Shown here piece by piece: positions 8,894 to 19,637 of a DNA stretch of 38,465 nucleotides. The stretch is taken from the NCBI GenBank assembly GCA_944393435.1, contig CALYAE010000064.1, positions 1 to 38,465 of the forward strand, written 5' to 3'. The stretch comes from an uncultured Clostridia bacterium. GTDB lineage: Bacteria; Bacillota; Clostridia; TANB77; CAG-508. Position numbers and translations under genes: made by a program. Under the pieces are notes generated by a model that ran no database searches, was not told the DNA's origin, and saw nothing but the letters and a program-made list of their open reading frames with translations. Every line of letters begins with the position of its first letter. The first letter of the stretch is position 1.

Positions 8894-10005
8894 TTAAAGT
8901 GAAACTTCTTTTTTGGTGAAAAAGGCAAATACAAAAATACCAAATCCGACTACATAGGTAAATAAAGAAAGGTATCCGCCAATGACAGGAATTTGTTGTA
9001 AAATCCATAATACTGTGACACTTGTAAGACTAAGTAAAATAGATTTGGTTTTGCTTTTATTTTTTAGTTTACTTACAAAATAATTTCCAATTGCCATACC
9101 AAGAATAGAAATGGTAATAGAAATAGCAAGTATATAAACTGCTAATAAAGCAATACCAACATAGCTTAAAAATCCAGATATTAGTAAAACAAGTGCAATC
9201 ACAGGAACTAAGACAAAACTTAAAATTCCAATTCCAGCTGTGATAAATGGACGTTTCGTTAAGCAGTAAGTTGTTTTAGAAATCCATTTAGTACTAAAGA
9301 AAGTAAATAATAAAACAACTACCAAGCTATAAAATAACATATTGACAAAGCTAGAAATATAGCTAGAAATAATTTGCTCTGTTGATAAAGTATTGTTGAT
9401 TTGGGTAAATTTAATTTCTCCAGATACTGCTCCTTCAGGAATTTGCATTTGGTTAGAAGCACTATAATGTAGATTTCCACTAATTACATTTTGGGCATTT
9501 TCCTCAAAATTAATAAGACCAGCTGCAATATAAGCATCTTTTTGGATATTACCTTTTAATGTAACTTGACTACAATAAAGTTTTACATCTCTAGTAATTG
9601 TTCCCGTAGATTCTAGTACAAAATTTTGACCAAATGCATAAATATCATTTACACTACCTTTTACTACTATTTGATTTGCATAAGCAAAGATATTATTGGA
9701 AATAGAAGCGGTTTCTTCAACGACTAGATTTTGAGCAAGTACAAATAAATCGCCTTCGATTTGCTCTTTTATGGTTACAGTATTACCGTAAACAAATACA
9801 TTACCATTCACAGGTTTGTCAATTGTTACATCTGTATTATACAAATATAAATCCGTATTGAAAATTGTAACTGAGTCTTGGTTATTTCCTTCTTGTGAAT
9901 TACCCGGATCAACAAGAGTAAGGGAATTATCAGTTGCAAAACAGATAGAAGAAAATAACATGAAAATAATAAAACATAAAATAAAAATTTTAAATGTTTT
10001 TTGCA
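8894..10005 (-). CDS. Membrane protein: signal peptide, beta-helix-like repeat region (polymer-forming/bactofilin-like), C-terminal multi-TM domain
   Basis: The likely start is MQKTFKIFILCF... behind RBS aaaggagga. The product contains repetitive V/I-x-G-N/D segments followed by about 5 hydrophobic helices. Confidence 0.55.
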
Positions 10006-10170
10006 TAAAAATCCTCCTTTTATATAAGAAATCTAGGCTAACTATATAACATTCTAGGAGGAAAGTCAAGAAGGCAAGTGGATACTCTTTTACAATATCT
10101 GCCTAAAACCCTTGACATTTACATAAAAAAACAATATGATAGATATGTAAAACAAGGAAGGAGAAACCTT

Positions 10171-11040
10171 ATGAATACCCAAATGTTAACCTCCAAAAAA
10201 GGAGGAGAACTTATTAGCTTTAAAGTAAATGGAATAGAAAGAATCCATCAAGGAGAGAGATGCTTAGACGAAAATGGAAAAGTATACTGGAAAAGGCATT
10301 CCCCTGTGTTATTTCCAATCGTAGGAAAATTAAAGAAAAATCAAACCTTAATTGGAGGAAGAACTTATGAATTAATGCAACATGGTTTTGCAAGGGATTT
10401 AGACTTTGAACCAATTACAAAATTAGACCATTTTCATTCCTATGTCTTAAAAAGCAATAAGTATACACAAACAAAATATCCTTATGACTTTGAATTATAT
10501 AATACTTATCGTTATGAAGAAAATAAATTAACTACCATGTACAAAGTGGTTAATACTGGGGTTATCAATTTACCATTTGGAATTGGTGGACATCCTGCAT
10601 TTCAAATAGATGTAAAACAGCTTAAAGAAGAAAATTATTACTTAGAATTTGAAGAAGATGAAGAAAAAATTCACTTTTTATACTTAGTAGATGGATTAAT
10701 TGCCACGCAATATGCTAAAAGTCCAATGGTAGGAAACCGCATCATTCCAATTAATGTACACACTTTTGATAATGATGCAATTATTATGAAATCCATTACT
10801 TCTAATAAAATTAGTTTAAAAAACAAAGAAAGCGGTAAAACCTTACTTACAATGGATTTTACGGGTTTTCCTTATTTAGCAATTTGGTCAAAACCAGGGG
10901 CGCCTTTTATTTGTATCGAGCCATGGTATTCTACTGCCGACAGTATGAATGCATCAGGAGTTTTTACACAAAAACCAGATATTATCTCATTAAGGCCAAG
11001 CGATTCTTTTGATTGTAAGTATACAGTAGAATTCTTTTAG
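10171..11040 (+). CDS. Aldose 1-epimerase family protein
   Basis: Has the motifs GGHPAF and LAIWSKPGAPFICIEPW, typical of the galactose mutarotase-like fold. Start chosen at MNTQML behind RBS aaggagaa; the ORF track starts it at 10078. Confidence 0.75.
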   Translation: MNTQMLTSKKGGELISFKVNGIERIHQGERCLDENGKVYWKRHSPVLFPIVGKLKKNQTLIGGRTYELMQHGFARDLDFEPITKLDHFHSYVLKSNKYTQTKYPYDFELYNTYRYEENKLTTMYKVVNTGVINLPFGIGGHPAFQIDVKQLKEENYYLEFEEDEEKIHFLYLVDGLIATQYAKSPMVGNRIIPINVHTFDNDAIIMKSITSNKISLKNKESGKTLLTMDFTGFPYLAIWSKPGAPFICIEPWYSTADSMNASGVFTQKPDIISLRPSDSFDCKYTVEFF

Positions 11041-11068
11041 AAAAATAGATAAGAAATGAGGAAAGAAA

Positions 11069-11263
11069 ATGGGACAAATGATATTTACAATAATCGGAGC
11101 AATCTTAGCTTGCATAGGTGTTATTTGTATTTATGATGCACGAACGATTACCAAGAAAATGTTTAGTTTTGGTGATCAAAATGAAGGTGCCATGGGACTT
11201 AAGATTTTTGGATTTTTATTTGCCGTAGCAGGAGCATTAGTAGTATTTTTTAATATTGGATAA
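11069..11263 (+). CDS. Small two-helix membrane protein (hypothetical)
   Basis: The 64-aa product has two hydrophobic segments and RBS gaggaaag. Confidence 0.5.
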   Translation: MGQMIFTIIGAILACIGVICIYDARTITKKMFSFGDQNEGAMGLKIFGFLFAVAGALVVFFNIG

Positions 11264-11315
11264 AAAAGCCCTGAAACCTTTTAAAGAAAAGTGTTTTAGG
11301 GTAAAATTTATTCAT

Positions 11316-11507
11316 TTATAAATATTTTTTCATTTGCTCCATATTGTTATTTTGTAGACAAATAAACTCATTTAAAATATCTTTTACTTCTTGTTCCATT
11401 GCAGGATTATGATTTAATAATTTTTGAGCTTCAATTACTCCCATTAAATTACCTTGTAGCATTAAATCAGCAATATGAGAATTACTTTTGTCTGTTAAAG
11501 TGTTCAT
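11316..11507 (-). CDS. Hypothetical small protein
   Basis: A 63-aa ORF with only a weak RBS. I recognise no motif in it. Confidence 0.3.
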   Translation of the reverse strand: MNTLTDKSNSHIADLMLQGNLMGVIEAQKLLNHNPAMEQEVKDILNEFICLQNNNMEQMKKYL

Positions 11508-11713
11508 TTGTACACCTGTCCAATAAAATTGTTAAATTAATATTTTCATCCATTTTTTTATCCTCCTAACAATATTGTAACCAGGTTTTCAAAAATTCAT
11601 TCTAAGAAAAAATGTCAAAAAAAGACAAAATTTTTAACAAATTAAGAAAAATGAATGAAAGTACTTTTTCATTAAAAAAAGATATGTTATACTTGTAAAA
11701 GGAGGGAAAATTT

Positions 11714-11917
11714 ATGCATATAAGATATAATGTTATTATTCAAAAAGAAGGAAAATGGTATATTGCCAAATGTTTGGACAATAATGTAGCTTCTCAAGGG
11801 GTAACAATAGAAGAAGCTATGAAAAATTTAAAAGAGGCATTAGAATTATATTACGAAAATGAAGAGCCAATTATGCCAAAAGAAACATATATTACAACTG
11901 TGGAGGTGACAGTATGA
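11714..11917 (+). CDS. hicB: HicB-like (UPF0150) antitoxin
   Basis: The sequence YNVIIQKEGKWYIAKCLDNNVASQGVTIEEAMKNLKEALELY matches the HicB N-terminal fold. Its stop shares the tetranucleotide ATGA with the start of the next gene (overlap 11914-11917). Confidence 0.8.
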   Translation: MHIRYNVIIQKEGKWYIAKCLDNNVASQGVTIEEAMKNLKEALELYYENEEPIMPKETYITTVEVTV

Positions 11918-12138
11918 GCTCAAAATATCCAGTATTGCCACCTAATAAAATCATTAAAATCCTAGCTAAATTTGGATTCGAAAAAGTTTCACAAAAAGGA
12001 AGTCACGTAAAATATAAGAATAGACAAACCAATACAGTTTATATCATTCCTATGCATCAAGAAATAGCAAAGGGAACTCTAAAAAGTATTTTAGAACAGG
12101 CAAATGTTGAATTAGATGAATTCTTAAAATTTTTATAA
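11914..12138 (+). CDS. hicA: HicA mRNA interferase toxin
   Basis: The sequence KILAKFGFEKVSQKGSHVKY ... IPMHQEIAKGTLKSIL matches the HicA/YcfA signature. Confidence 0.8.
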   Translation: MSSKYPVLPPNKIIKILAKFGFEKVSQKGSHVKYKNRQTNTVYIIPMHQEIAKGTLKSILEQANVELDEFLKFL

Positions 12139-12255
12139 TCAAATTTGAGTTTAATTCTTAAATAAAAATTCCAAAACAAAAAAGAAAAATATATTGAAAA
12201 CTCTTTCTACTTTATATATAATAAAAGTGCAAAAAAAGACAAAGGGAGTCAAAAT

Positions 12256-15200
12256 ATGCCAGAGGTAAAATGGACCAAAGAGCAATTACAAGCAATTGAA
12301 GAACAAGGTTCCAATATTTTAGTAGCTGCTGCCGCAGGTAGTGGTAAAACTGCTGTGCTTGTAGAACGTATTATTCATAAAATTATTGATGAAAAAATGG
12401 ACATTGACAAAATGTTAGTGGTAACTTTTACCAATGCAGCGGCAAGTGAAATGAGAGAAAGAATTCTAGATGCTATTTACAAAAAGCTAGAGCAAGACCC
12501 TCAAAATGTGCATTTGCAAAGGCAACTTACTTTATTAAATAAGGCGAGTATTTGTACGATTCACTCTTTTTGTTTAGATGTGATTCATAATCATTTTTAT
12601 GAAATTGATTTACCAAGTAATTTTCGTATTGCAGATACTGCTGAGATTGATTTGCTAAAACAAGATGTGTTAGATGATTTATTCGAACAAAAATATTTAG
12701 AAAATGATAGCGATTTTATAGAACTTTTAGAAACTTATACTAACTATCGTGGGGATGAGGCTCTACAAGGGCTAGTATTAAGCATTTATCGTTTTATCCA
12801 AAGTAGTCCCTTTCCAGAAGAATGGTTACAAGAAAAATTAAAAATGTTTACTTTTTCTGAAATGGTGGAAGATTTTGGAGAAACTTCATTTGGAAAAATA
12901 ATTTTAAAGTATGTAAAAGAAGAATTAGAGGAATCTAGTTTAAGACTAGAAAAACTAAGAAGCCAAATGCTTCGATTTCCAGAACTAGAAAAATTTACTC
13001 AAGTAATCACAGAAGATAAGATTGCAATAGAAGAAATTATACAAGGGATTAGTTCTTGGGATGCTACTTATCTTCGCCTTCAAAATCTTAATTTTAGAAA
13101 ATGGCCGGTAGATAAAAAAGTAACAATAGATCTAAAACAAGAAGCAAAAGAAATAAGAGATGCTGCCAAGAAAAAAGTGAAAGAAAATATCTGTAAATTG
13201 GTAGGGCAAAATTCACAAAGCATTAGAAAAGACTTTGAGGTAATTTATCCAATTCTGCAAAAATTAGTAAATCTTGTTTTAGAATTTTCTTCGTCTTTTG
13301 CTAAAAAGAAAAAAGAAAAAAATTGTATTGACTTTAATGATATTGAGCATTTCGCTTTACAAATCCTTTTAGGAGAAGGAAATGTGCAAGAGCAAAAAGA
13401 AAAAAATATCGTAAATCCAGTTGCTAAAAAATATCAAGAAAAGTTTGTAGAAATTGCAGTAGATGAATATCAAGATAGTAACCTAGTGCAAGAAGCTATA
13501 TTAACTAGCATCTCACGAGGAAATAATATTTTTATGGTAGGAGATGTAAAACAAAGTATTTATCAATTTAGACAAGCAAGACCAGATTTGTTTTTGCAAA
13601 AATATCATACCTATCAGCTAAAAGAACAAAAAGGTGAAGAAGATCATTTGAAAATTCAGCTATTTCGTAATTTTAGGAGTAGGCAGAATATTTTGGATAT
13701 TACCAATTTTGTATTTGAAGTCATTATGAGTAAGAATTTAGGAAGTATTGACTACAATGAGCAAGAATATTTGAATTATGGAGCAAACTATCCTGCCCCA
13801 GAAGGAAATCATACTCTTGCTGAAACCACACAAATATTGCTAATTGATTTAAAACAAGAAGAATCTATTACTGCTTTTCAAGATGAAAATGAGAACAAGA
13901 TGCAAGAAGATAACCTTTTAGAAGAAGAGGAAGAAGAAAGAGTAGAAGATGAAGTGCTAGAAGCAAGAATGGTAGCTCAAAAAATTCAAAACCTGTTACA
14001 AAGTGACTATCAAGTATATGACAAAAAAATGGGATATAGACAAATTCAAGCAAAAGATATTGTAATTTTGTTAAGAGCAACCTCAAACTTAGCACCAATC
14101 TATGAAAAAGAATTAACAGACTTAGAAATACCAGTTTATAGCGATACAGCAGGCTCTTATTTAGATACCGTAGAAATACAAACGATCTTATCTGTTTTAA
14201 AGATTTTAGATAATCCACTACAAGAAATTCCTTTAGTAGTAGTTTTAAGGTCGATGATTGGAAACTTTACAGATAATGATTTAATTAAGATTCGATTGGT
14301 AGATAGAAACTGTAATTTTTATGAGGCATTGGTAAAAGCTAGGCTTTGTACACAAGGAGCCTTAAAAGAAAAAATAGAAGCTCTATTTTCTAAATTAGAT
14401 CAATGGAACAAGCAAAAACAATATCTTGCTTTAGATGAATTAATTTGGCAAATTTATATACAGACAGGCTATTATCAATATGTAGCACTTTTGCCAAATG
14501 GTGGAATGAGGCAGGCAAATTTAAAAACCTTATTTGAAAAAGCAAAACAATATGAAAGTGCAAGTTATAAAGGGCTTTTTCACTTTATCCACTTCATTGA
14601 AAAATTAAAATCACAAAATGGAGATTTAGCACCTAGTAAATTAATTGGAGAAAACGAAGATGTTGTCCGCATTATGAGCATTCATAAAAGTAAAGGGTTA
14701 GAATTCCCTGTTGTATTTTTATGTAACAGTCAAAAAAGGTTTAATTTAAAAGATTTAAACGAAAGCATTTTATTACATCAAGATATGGGATTTGGCCCTA
14801 CCTTAATAGATGTTAAAAGACGTATTAAGTATCCGACTTTAGCAAAAGAAGCAATTAAATTACAAATGAAACAAGAAACGTTATCAGAAGAAGAACGTAT
14901 TTTATATGTTGCTCTAACAAGAGCAAAAGAAAAACTATTTATTACAGGAAGAAGCAAAGATTTAGAAAAAGAGCTGAATAAGAAAAAACAAGAATTAGAA
15001 CTCTATTTAGATGATGAAGAAAGTATAAAATTAGATGATAAACTTATTAGAAAAGGAAAATCCTATTTAGATTGGCTACTTTATGCCTATCTTTTAGGAA
15101 AACAAAAAAGAATTTTTCTAAAAGGAGAAGAAAAGCAGATTGACACTATTATGAGCTTAAGTAGTTATCCTAAAAAAGAATTGTTAGAAAATTTGCATTT

Positions 15201-16020
15201 GCAGGAACAAGAAGAAAAACAAGATGTATTAGGAAAATTAGAGGAACAATTAAATAGCCTTTCTAAACAAGAAAAAGAAAAAATGGAGCAAGACTTACAA
15301 CAAATATTATCTTGGCAATATCTATATGAAGTAGATACGCACCTTCCAACGAAAACTTCTGTTACAAATATCAAACAAGAACTTATGAAATTAGCTGACA
15401 GTCAAAATTCTAAAGAGATCATGCCAAAATTTATGCAGAAAAAAAGTACAATTACAAGTGCTCAAAAAGGAACTTTAATGCATCTATGTATCCAAAAATT
15501 AGAGGAAAGTAAAGAATATACTTTAGAAGATATCAAAACTTTAGTAGAAGATTTAAACTTAAGGCAAATTATTACAAAAGAAGAAAAAGATGCAATTGAC
15601 TTAGAGATGTTATATCGTTATACAAAATCAGACTTATTTCAAGACCTGAAAAAAGCAAAAGAAATTCATAAAGAACAACCTTTTTATATTAGTTTGCCTG
15701 CCAAAGAACTAATACAAGAAGCCAAACAAGCTAGTTCAGAAAAGAATATCTTAGTGCAAGGAATTATTGATTTATATTATATTGATCAAAATGATCATTT
15801 AGTAATAGTGGATTTTAAAACAGATTACATAGTAAAAGAAAATATAGAAAAGGAAAAAGAAAAAATCATACAAAAATATAGAGTGCAGTTAGCCATTTAT
15901 CAAAAAGCATTAGAACAAGCATTGGGGAGAAAAGTTGATAAAGTGGAGTTATGTTTAGCAAATGCAAACTGGGAATGCCAGCTTGTCCCAATAGTGACAC
16001 AAATCACAGAAAGGAAGTAG
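12256..16020 (+). CDS. addA: ATP-dependent helicase/nuclease subunit A (AddA)
   Basis: The 1254-aa product has the UvrD-type motif AAAGSGKT, VDEYQDSN, and a C-terminal PD-(D/E)xK nuclease motif GIIDLYY...VDFKTD. Confidence 0.85.
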   Translation: MPEVKWTKEQLQAIEEQGSNILVAAAAGSGKTAVLVERIIHKIIDEKMDIDKMLVVTFTNAAASEMRERILDAIYKKLEQDPQNVHLQRQLTLLNKASICTIHSFCLDVIHNHFYEIDLPSNFRIADTAEIDLLKQDVLDDLFEQKYLENDSDFIELLETYTNYRGDEALQGLVLSIYRFIQSSPFPEEWLQEKLKMFTFSEMVEDFGETSFGKIILKYVKEELEESSLRLEKLRSQMLRFPELEKFTQVITEDKIAIEEIIQGISSWDATYLRLQNLNFRKWPVDKKVTIDLKQEAKEIRDAAKKKVKENICKLVGQNSQSIRKDFEVIYPILQKLVNLVLEFSSSFAKKKKEKNCIDFNDIEHFALQILLGEGNVQEQKEKNIVNPVAKKYQEKFVEIAVDEYQDSNLVQEAILTSISRGNNIFMVGDVKQSIYQFRQARPDLFLQKYHTYQLKEQKGEEDHLKIQLFRNFRSRQNILDITNFVFEVIMSKNLGSIDYNEQEYLNYGANYPAPEGNHTLAETTQILLIDLKQEESITAFQDENENKMQEDNLLEEEEEERVEDEVLEARMVAQKIQNLLQSDYQVYDKKMGYRQIQAKDIVILLRATSNLAPIYEKELTDLEIPVYSDTAGSYLDTVEIQTILSVLKILDNPLQEIPLVVVLRSMIGNFTDNDLIKIRLVDRNCNFYEALVKARLCTQGALKEKIEALFSKLDQWNKQKQYLALDELIWQIYIQTGYYQYVALLPNGGMRQANLKTLFEKAKQYESASYKGLFHFIHFIEKLKSQNGDLAPSKLIGENEDVVRIMSIHKSKGLEFPVVFLCNSQKRFNLKDLNESILLHQDMGFGPTLIDVKRRIKYPTLAKEAIKLQMKQETLSEEERILYVALTRAKEKLFITGRSKDLEKELNKKKQELELYLDDEESIKLDDKLIRKGKSYLDWLLYAYLLGKQKRIFLKGEEKQIDTIMSLSSYPKKELLENLHLQEQEEKQDVLGKLEEQLNSLSKQEKEKMEQDLQQILSWQYLYEVDTHLPTKTSVTNIKQELMKLADSQNSKEIMPKFMQKKSTITSAQKGTLMHLCIQKLEESKEYTLEDIKTLVEDLNLRQIITKEEKDAIDLEMLYRYTKSDLFQDLKKAKEIHKEQPFYISLPAKELIQEAKQASSEKNILVQGIIDLYYIDQNDHLVIVDFKTDYIVKENIEKEKEKIIQKYRVQLAIYQKALEQALGRKVDKVELCLANANWECQLVPIVTQITERK

Positions 16021-16024
16021 AAAA

Positions 16025-19000
16025 ATGTCAAATTTTGTACATTTACACGTACACAGTGAATTCAGTCTGTTAGATGGTGCAAACAGAATCAAAGATTTAC
16101 CAGTAAGAGCAAAAGAGCTTGGCATGGACGCAATGGCCATTACAGATCATGGCGTTATGTTTGGTGCAATTGATTTTTATAAAGCATGCAAAGCAAATGG
16201 AATAAAGCCAATTATAGGTTGTGAGGTATATGTGGCAAATCGATCAAGACATGATAAAGATCCAAATTTAGATAGTAAATACAGCCATTTGATTTTGCTT
16301 GCCAAAAATAATGAAGGGTATAAAAACTTAGCAAAATTAGTTTCCATTGGTTATACAGAAGGTTTTTATTATAAACCTCGTATTGATCATGAAGTATTAA
16401 AGCAATATCATGAAGGGTTAATTTGTTGTAGTGCTTGTTTGGCAGGAGAAGTAAATCAAGCGATACTAGAAGATGATATGGAAAAGGCAAAACAAGTAGC
16501 ACTTTGGTATAAAAGTATTTTTGGGGAAGACTACTATTTGGAAATTCAAAATAATGGTATCAAACAACAAATTTTAGCAAATCAAAAATTAATTGAATTA
16601 TCTAGACAATTAGATATTCCTCTAGTTGCTACAAATGATGCACACTATCTAAAAAAAGAAGATGCCTATAATCATGAAGTTCTTTTGTGTATTCAAACTG
16701 GTAAGCGTATGTCTGATGCAGATAGGATGCGTTTTGAAACAGAAGAATTATATGTAAAATCTCCTGAAGAAATGATAGAGTATTTTAGAAATGTACCAGA
16801 TGCTATTGAAAATACAGTTAAAATTGCTGAAAAATGTAATGTGGAATTTGAATTTGGACATACGATTTTGCCAAACTATGATGTGCCAAAGGAATTTAAA
16901 ACTCACTATGACTATTTAGCAAAACTTACCGAAGATGGCTTAAAGCAAAGATATGGTGAAAAGCTAACAAAAGAGCTAAAGCAGAGGGCTGATTATGAAC
17001 TTAGCGTAATTGATAAAATGGGATATGTAGATTATTTCTTAATTGTTTGGGATTATATTTATTATGCAAAAACACATCATATTCCAGTAGGACCTCGGGC
17101 GTGGTTCGGGTGCGGGTTCCCTTGTTGCTTATGCCATTGGAATAACAGATATTGATCCAATTGCTTATGGTCTTATTTTCGAACGTTTTTTAAACCCAGA
17201 AAGAATCAGTATGCCTGATTTTGATGTGGACTTTTGCTACGAAAAAAGAGACCAAGTAATTGAGTATGTAGAAAGAAAATATGGAAAAGATCATGTTTCT
17301 CAGATTATTACTTTTGGAACCATGTCTGCAAGGATGGTAATTCGTGATGTAGCAAGAGTACTAGATCTTCCTTATGCAGAAGCAGATAAACTTGCGAAAA
17401 TGGTGCCAAATGAATTACATATTACGATTAAAAAAGCATTAGAACAAAATAGAGAATTTCAGGAGCTCTATGAGACAGATGAACAAGTAAAAAATCTATT
17501 AAATATTGCAATGGCTTTAGAAGGTATGCCAAGACAGGCTTCCACTCATGCTTGTGGTATTGTTATTACAAAAGAGCCTGTTGTAAACTATGTTCCGCTC
17601 TATGTAAGAGATGATGCTATTTCTACCCAATACATTATGACGACTTTAGAAGAATTGGGTCTTCTTAAAATGGATTTCTTAGGACTTCGTACCCTAACGG
17701 TTATTCAAGATACCATTGATTTGGTAAAAGCAAATCAAGGAATAGAGGTTCATTTTGACGAGAAAATGAATGATCCTAAAGTATATCAATTATGGCAAAA
17801 TGGAAAATCTGTTGGTATCTTCCAATTTGAGAGTCAAGGTATGACAAATTTTATGAAAGAATTAAAACCAGATTGTTTAGAAGATATTATTGCTGGTGTT
17901 TCTTTATATCGTCCAGGGCCTATGGATCAAATTCCAAGATATATTGCTAATAAATGAGATCCTGAACATGCCGTATATACACACCCAGCATTAAAACCAA
18001 TTTTACAAGTTACTTATGGATGTATGGTTTATCAAGAACAAGTAATGCAAATTGTAAGAGACTTAGCAGGTTACTCACTAGGAAGAGCTGACCTAGTAAG
18101 ACGTGCTATGGGTAAGAAAAAATTAGATGTCATGGCAAAAGAAAGAGAAATTTTCATTCATGGTCAAGTAGATGAAAATGGAAATGTAGTAGTGCCAGGT
18201 TGTGTAAGAAATGGGATTGATGAACAGTCTGCTAATAAAATTTTTGATGAAATGGCAGAGTTTGCCAAATATGCTTTTAATAAGTCCCATGCAGCAGCTT
18301 ATGCAGTAGTATCTTATCAAACGGCTTACTTAAAAGCCTATTATCCAGCTGAGTTTATGGCAGCTATGTTAAATAGTTTTTTAGGAAATTTAGATAAAAT
18401 TCCAGGTTATATTGAAGAATGCAAAAGACTTGGTATTGAAATTTTAAAGCCAGATATTAATAAAAGCCAAACTAAGTTTACAGTTGATAAAAATCAAATT
18501 CGTTTTGGACTTCGGAAGTATAAAAAATGTAGGAACCACGGCAGTGGATGAAATCGTAAAACAAAGACAAGAAAATGGAGAATTTAAAGACTTTAGCGAT
18601 TTTTGCGAAAGAATTCAAAATTCGCAAGTCAATAAAAAATGCATTGAAAGTTTAATTAAAGCTGGTGCTTTTGAAGGACTAGGGCAAAATAGAAAAACAT
18701 TAATGGCATCTTTTGAAGGAATTATAGATACGATTGCAGATGCTAGTAAGAAAAGTTTTGATGGACAAGTTTCTATGTTTGATTTAGGTGGAGAAGGTTT
18801 GCAAACACAAAACATAAAAGAAATGAAATATCATTATACGGTTCTTCCTGAATATACCCAAAAAGAACTTTTGTCCATGGAAAAAGAAATGTTAGGTCTT
18901 TATATTTCAGGACATCCTTTGGAACATTTAAGAGCACAAATTGAAGCAAAAGTGACTATTAATACTTATTTATTAAGACAGTTAAGTACTAAGAATTCAG

Positions 19001-19533
19001 AGGAAGATGGTCAAGAAGAGCAGCAAGTGCAAATGCAAGAAGAATTTCGAGATGGTCAAACGGTGCTATATGCAGGAATCATTACATCAATCAAAAAGAA
19101 ATATACCAAAAATAATACAATGATGGCATTTGTTACAGTAGAAGATTTGTATGGACAGGCAGAAATTATAGTGTTCGAAAGTTGCTATAAAGATTGTTCT
19201 AATTTACTAATGAATGAGAATATAGTTTTAGTAGAAGGTAGATTAAGTTTAAGAGAAGATGAAGAGCCAAAAATTGTAGCAAAACAAATCAAAGAATTTG
19301 TAGAAGAGAAAAAGAAAGTTTTTGAATTAGATATTACCAGCTTAGAAGAATCAATTAAACAAAGGTTAAGAGGAGCTATTCGCTTTTTTGCAGGAGATAA
19401 AAATAATATTTCTTTGCAAATTAAAAATGGAGATAAAATTGATCAGGCTGGAGGAATTTATATGACACCAGAAATTTTGCTACAATTTCAAGAAATTGTG
19501 GGCTCAGAAAATGCAAAATTATTAGAAATTTAG
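16025..19533 (+). CDS. dnaE: DNA polymerase III alpha subunit DnaE; as sequenced split by extra C at 17096, in-frame TGA at 17955-17957, and extra C at 18513
   Basis: Has the PHP motif HLHVHSEFSLLDG, the polymerase core GPGRGSGAGSLVAY (readable only if c17096 is skipped), YQEQVMQI, IRFGLGSIKNVG (readable only if c18513 is skipped), and a C-terminal OB fold. The four ORF fragments are collinear with DnaE. Confidence 0.85.
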
Positions 19534-19582
19534 CAGTTTTAAAAAAAATGAATAAAAGTACAAACCAAATTTTTGGCAAACC

Positions 19583-19611
19583 TTGACAGTAAACATAAAA
19601 AATGGTAAAAT
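19583..19611 (+). promoter_or_regulatory. Sigma-A-type promoter upstream of the FN3-repeat gene
   Basis: ttgaca (19583-19588), a 17-nt spacer, then tgg-taaaat (extended -10 element, 19603-19611). Confidence 0.55.
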
Positions 19612-19637
19612 ATCGGTGGGAAAGGGGGATGATAATC

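Noticed and set aside
8512-8943. 143-aa minus-strand ORF spanning the rpe 3' end and repeat copy B
   Set aside because: It reads through the non-coding GC-rich repeat and antisense to rpe. This is an artifact of the repeat lacking stops.
11508-11600. Strong RBS (ggagga) with an ATG at 11553 (minus strand) upstream of the 63-aa ORF, suggesting a frameshifted longer gene
   Set aside because: The upstream ATG opens only a 23-codon ORF in a different frame. There is no CGG or recognisable homology with which to argue a shift. Left as hypothetical.
17955-17957. Genome-wide TGA reassignment (code 4 or 25) as the explanation for the dnaE in-frame TGA
   Set aside because: TGA ends rlmN and the CLec gene at the expected protein termini, and the restored metallophosphoesterase frame also ends in TGA. 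So TGA is a functional stop here. It is kept only as a local anomaly.
19602-19637. Upstream ATG at 19602 as the start of the FN3-repeat gene (adds MVKYRWERGMII and an in-frame CGG)
   Set aside because: The ATG sits inside the -10 region of a strong promoter (ttgaca, 17 nt, tgg-taaaat). The GGGGG RBS fits the ATG at 19638.
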